Assembly (NCBI RefSeq): GCF_018977255.1 | Contig: NW_024704742.1 | Location: 35,342,001-35,406,000, forward strand | DNA from: Callorhinchus milii | Lineage: Eukaryota | DNA: 64,000 nucleotides | Reading direction: 5' to 3' | Part shown: piece after piece, positions 62,870-64,000 of the stretch | Numbering within the stretch: the first letter of the stretch is position 1 | How the letters are laid out: each line of letters starts with the position of its first letter | The notes under the pieces: model-generated | Database searches by the model: none | What the model was told of the DNA's origin: nothing | Seen by the model: only the letters and a program-made list of their open reading frames with translations | Program-made: the position numbers and the translations under genes

Positions 62870-63185
62870 CTTTATTAATCATTTTATATAAGTGCCTTTC
62901 ATATCAGAAGGACATCTCAAAGTGCTTCACAGAATATACTTTGTTTTCACCTACAATATAGGACAACACCTCTATTTGGGGGCATTGTGGCCACAATACC
63001 GGGAAAAAACTCCCTTGTCTTTTCGAAAAGTGCCATAGGATCTTTAAAGTCCATCTGATCAGGCAGCCAGAACCACAGATTAACATCTCATCTGAATGAC
63101 AATACCTTCAACACTGCCACACACCCAAGCATTGCTCTGGAGTGTCAGCATGAACTATATGAGTTCCACGTCCTGACTGGGGAAT
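62870..63185 (-). mobile_element. Deu-SINE
   Basis: aaagtgccataggatctttaaagtccatctga...taacatctcatctgaa...tggagtgtcagc. Confidence 0.7.
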
Positions 63186-64000
63186 TTATGCTCGATTAAA
63201 GAATCTAAATCTGATTTTTTATTAGAATTGTGTTGCATATTCCCTGTTCCTCCAAAACACCCCATTGACAGATTTGTTGCACTTGCGTATACCATCCAAT
63301 TACATTACTTCCCAGTGACAATGTCCACCTGTCATTTGATATATTTAGGATGAGATTGTAGTAAGTACCTAAAGGCTAGAGATCACTGGAAGCAACTTAA
63401 CTCTTTGCAATATTTACCATGAAATGAGCTAGTTATTCAATAATGTGTTTGATAGTTATGTATGTTTGCACTCACATTCTGTAATTAAAAAGCTTTTTCT
63501 TGTTTTCTAGAACATATTGATTCATAACAGGGAATTGTCCATAATGATGAAGAATATTAAAACACTTTACAGTGAGTGACTAGACAAAGTTACTCTCTTT
63601 TTATTAAACATACTTAAAACATTTCTGACCATCACTGTCTTGGAAAAGACAATTACAGCTGATCCTCCTTTTGTGGTAGCATGCCTGCACATGATCACAA
63701 GTACTATCAACCTTTGTCCAGTAGAGGGCATGTCAATTCAATTTTCAGATTTAGGTACATTAATAAAAGAACCACAGAATAAACCCNTTTTTATTGTTAA
63801 AATATCTGGAGAAGTTCAATACTGCACAAAGATACTTGTTCAATTCACCCTTGATCCAACAAATTGTAGTTTCTTTCTCTCCTTTGCTATCTGTTAAGAG
63901 CCAGCAATTACATTTGGGTTTAGTAGAATCTCCCAGGAGAGGCTTGCTACTTACTCTATGGTAGAGTATATAGAAGGTGTGATTTAATGTCTGCACTTGT

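Noticed and set aside
430..63185. Dispersed near-identical ~60-bp motifs as a CRISPR-like array
   Set aside because: Irregularly spaced, on both strands, and all are LINE/SINE 3' ends in a vertebrate genome.

Overview
AT-rich, repeat-dense vertebrate non-coding DNA (a large intron or gene desert). The repeats point to a cartilaginous fish, probably a holocephalan such as Callorhinchus; this is inferred from repeat types, not verified. They comprise 5'-truncated L2 LINEs with (GTT)n tails, decayed CR1 LINEs, a young tRNA-Ala-headed SINE with an (ATT)n tail and older Deu-domain SINEs. I found no recognisable intact host gene; almost every ORF in the track is an L2/SINE fragment or noise. Reading across frameshifts reveals an older layer: several very decayed PIF/Harbinger transposase relics, two with a nearby Myb/SANT-like partner ORF (30.6-33.6 kb and 57.3-60.0 kb), and a probable DIRS-type RT plus tyrosine-recombinase fossil (10.1-11.85 kb). 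Also present are a short non-autonomous Helitron-like element (40.65-40.97 kb), a palindromic MITE-like family, an unclassified ~0.5 kb repeat, several nested insertions, unique blocks that look like conserved non-coding elements, and one candidate signal-peptide exon on the minus strand (38729-38808). I see no convincing new functional system; the findings mainly concern transposon fossils and candidate regulatory or exonic sequence. Boundaries of old repeats are approximate and all motif matches were made by eye.
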